Source of the DNA: a virus
Lineage: Duplodnaviria > Caudoviricetes
IMG/VR virus record: IMGVR_UViG_2896201746_000001
Span: 1 to 64,000 of that record
DNA length: 64,000 bases
Strand: one strand, 5' to 3'
This document shows, piece by piece, positions 63,584 through 64,000 of the stretch. Below the pieces are notes generated by a model, which ran no database searches, was not told where the DNA came from, and saw nothing but the letters and a program-made list of their open reading frames with translations. The first letter of the stretch is position 1. Every line of letters begins with the position of its first letter. The position numbers were made by a program, and so were the translations under genes.

Positions 63584-64000
63584 ATGTCTTCTCTCGTTTC
63601 CTCTATCATTGCTTTGCCGATGCAGAAGCGCATGCTGTCCCCGAATGACGCCCGCGAGCTGTACGACAACCATGTCGACCGGCACTTCGTTCAGCGCATC
63701 TTCAAGCCGAGCAAGGCCAAGGACATCGAGAAGACAATCAAGGCCGGCACCTACATGGGCGTCGTGCCGTTCGTTTTCTTCAAGATCCGCGGCATAAACC
63801 GGCTGCTGCTGGTCGACGGCCAGCACCGCATGAGCGCCATCGCCAATGCCGGGGTCGTGGTCGAGGTTTTCTTTGTGGTCATGGAAATGCCGGACGAAGC
63901 GACAGCCCGCAAAGCCTTCCTAGAGTTCTATCGCGGGTCGACGCCGTCTGCCACCGATGCCGTCTCCCCGGCCCAGATGTCCGGCGCTGGCCTGACGCCG
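63584..64000 (+). CDS. ParB-like DGQHR protein (partial, runs off the window)
   Basis: GGAG RBS; MSSLVSS..QR..LLVDGQHRMSAI; frame open to the window end. Confidence 0.7.
   Translation, partial: MSSLVSSIIALPMQKRMLSPNDARELYDNHVDRHFVQRIFKPSKAKDIEKTIKAGTYMGVVPFVFFKIRGINRLLLVDGQHRMSAIANAGVVVEVFFVVMEMPDEATARKAFLEFYRGSTPSATDAVSPAQMSGAGLTP

Larger units (their letters stand above)
1..64000. mobile_element. Phage-plasmid (siphovirus virion genes plus plasmid replicon); extends beyond both window ends
   Basis: Lambda-like tail module and lysis genes occur together with a Rep_3 initiator, iterons and ParA; also dnaE, dnaB, primase, recA, ligase, cobS/cobT-like and phoH; no integrase or host housekeeping context. 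Confidence 0.9.

Overview
The whole window is part of a large, GC-rich, temperate siphovirus-like phage-plasmid, probably from an alphaproteobacterium. Its gene content resembles SSU5/pHCM2-type elements. No host chromosomal genes, integrase, tRNA, rRNA or CRISPR array were seen. From left to right it carries: (1) a lambda-like neck/tail module with a -1 frameshifted tail chaperone, tape measure, M/L/K, a fused I-J protein, fibres and a PA14-domain adhesin; (2) lysis genes and phoH; (3) a leftward arm with an ATP-dependent DNA ligase and a translationally coupled DNA-modification operon; (4) replication genes (SF2 helicase, Hfq/Sm-like ORF, DnaB-like helicase, primase); (5) a plasmid replicon (Rep_3 initiator, about 12 iterons, ParA plus a small RHH-type partner); (6) an XRE repressor, CobT/CobS-like VWA/AAA pair with an intein, DnaE fused to a UDG-like domain, UvsY-like, gp32-like SSB, 5'-3' exonuclease and RecA. 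The top candidate for a new system is the operon at 28287-33991. It encodes a CmoA-like carboxy-SAM synthase, a C5-cytosine methyltransferase whose motif X Asn is replaced by Arg (the change linked to carboxymethyl transfer), a GATase-less asparagine-synthetase-like ligase, a Ddl-like ATP-grasp ligase, an ornithine-cyclodeaminase-family enzyme and a ParB-like protein. Together these suggest cytosine carboxymethylation followed by amino-acid or peptide hypermodification. Two dispersed DNA motif families were also found by eye: a 16-bp operator-like box (about 20 copies) and 8-bp-period arrays (8 sites, candidate parS). Several unrelated small proteins share a C-terminal EGW tag. All protein assignments come from motif recognition by eye; no database search was run.
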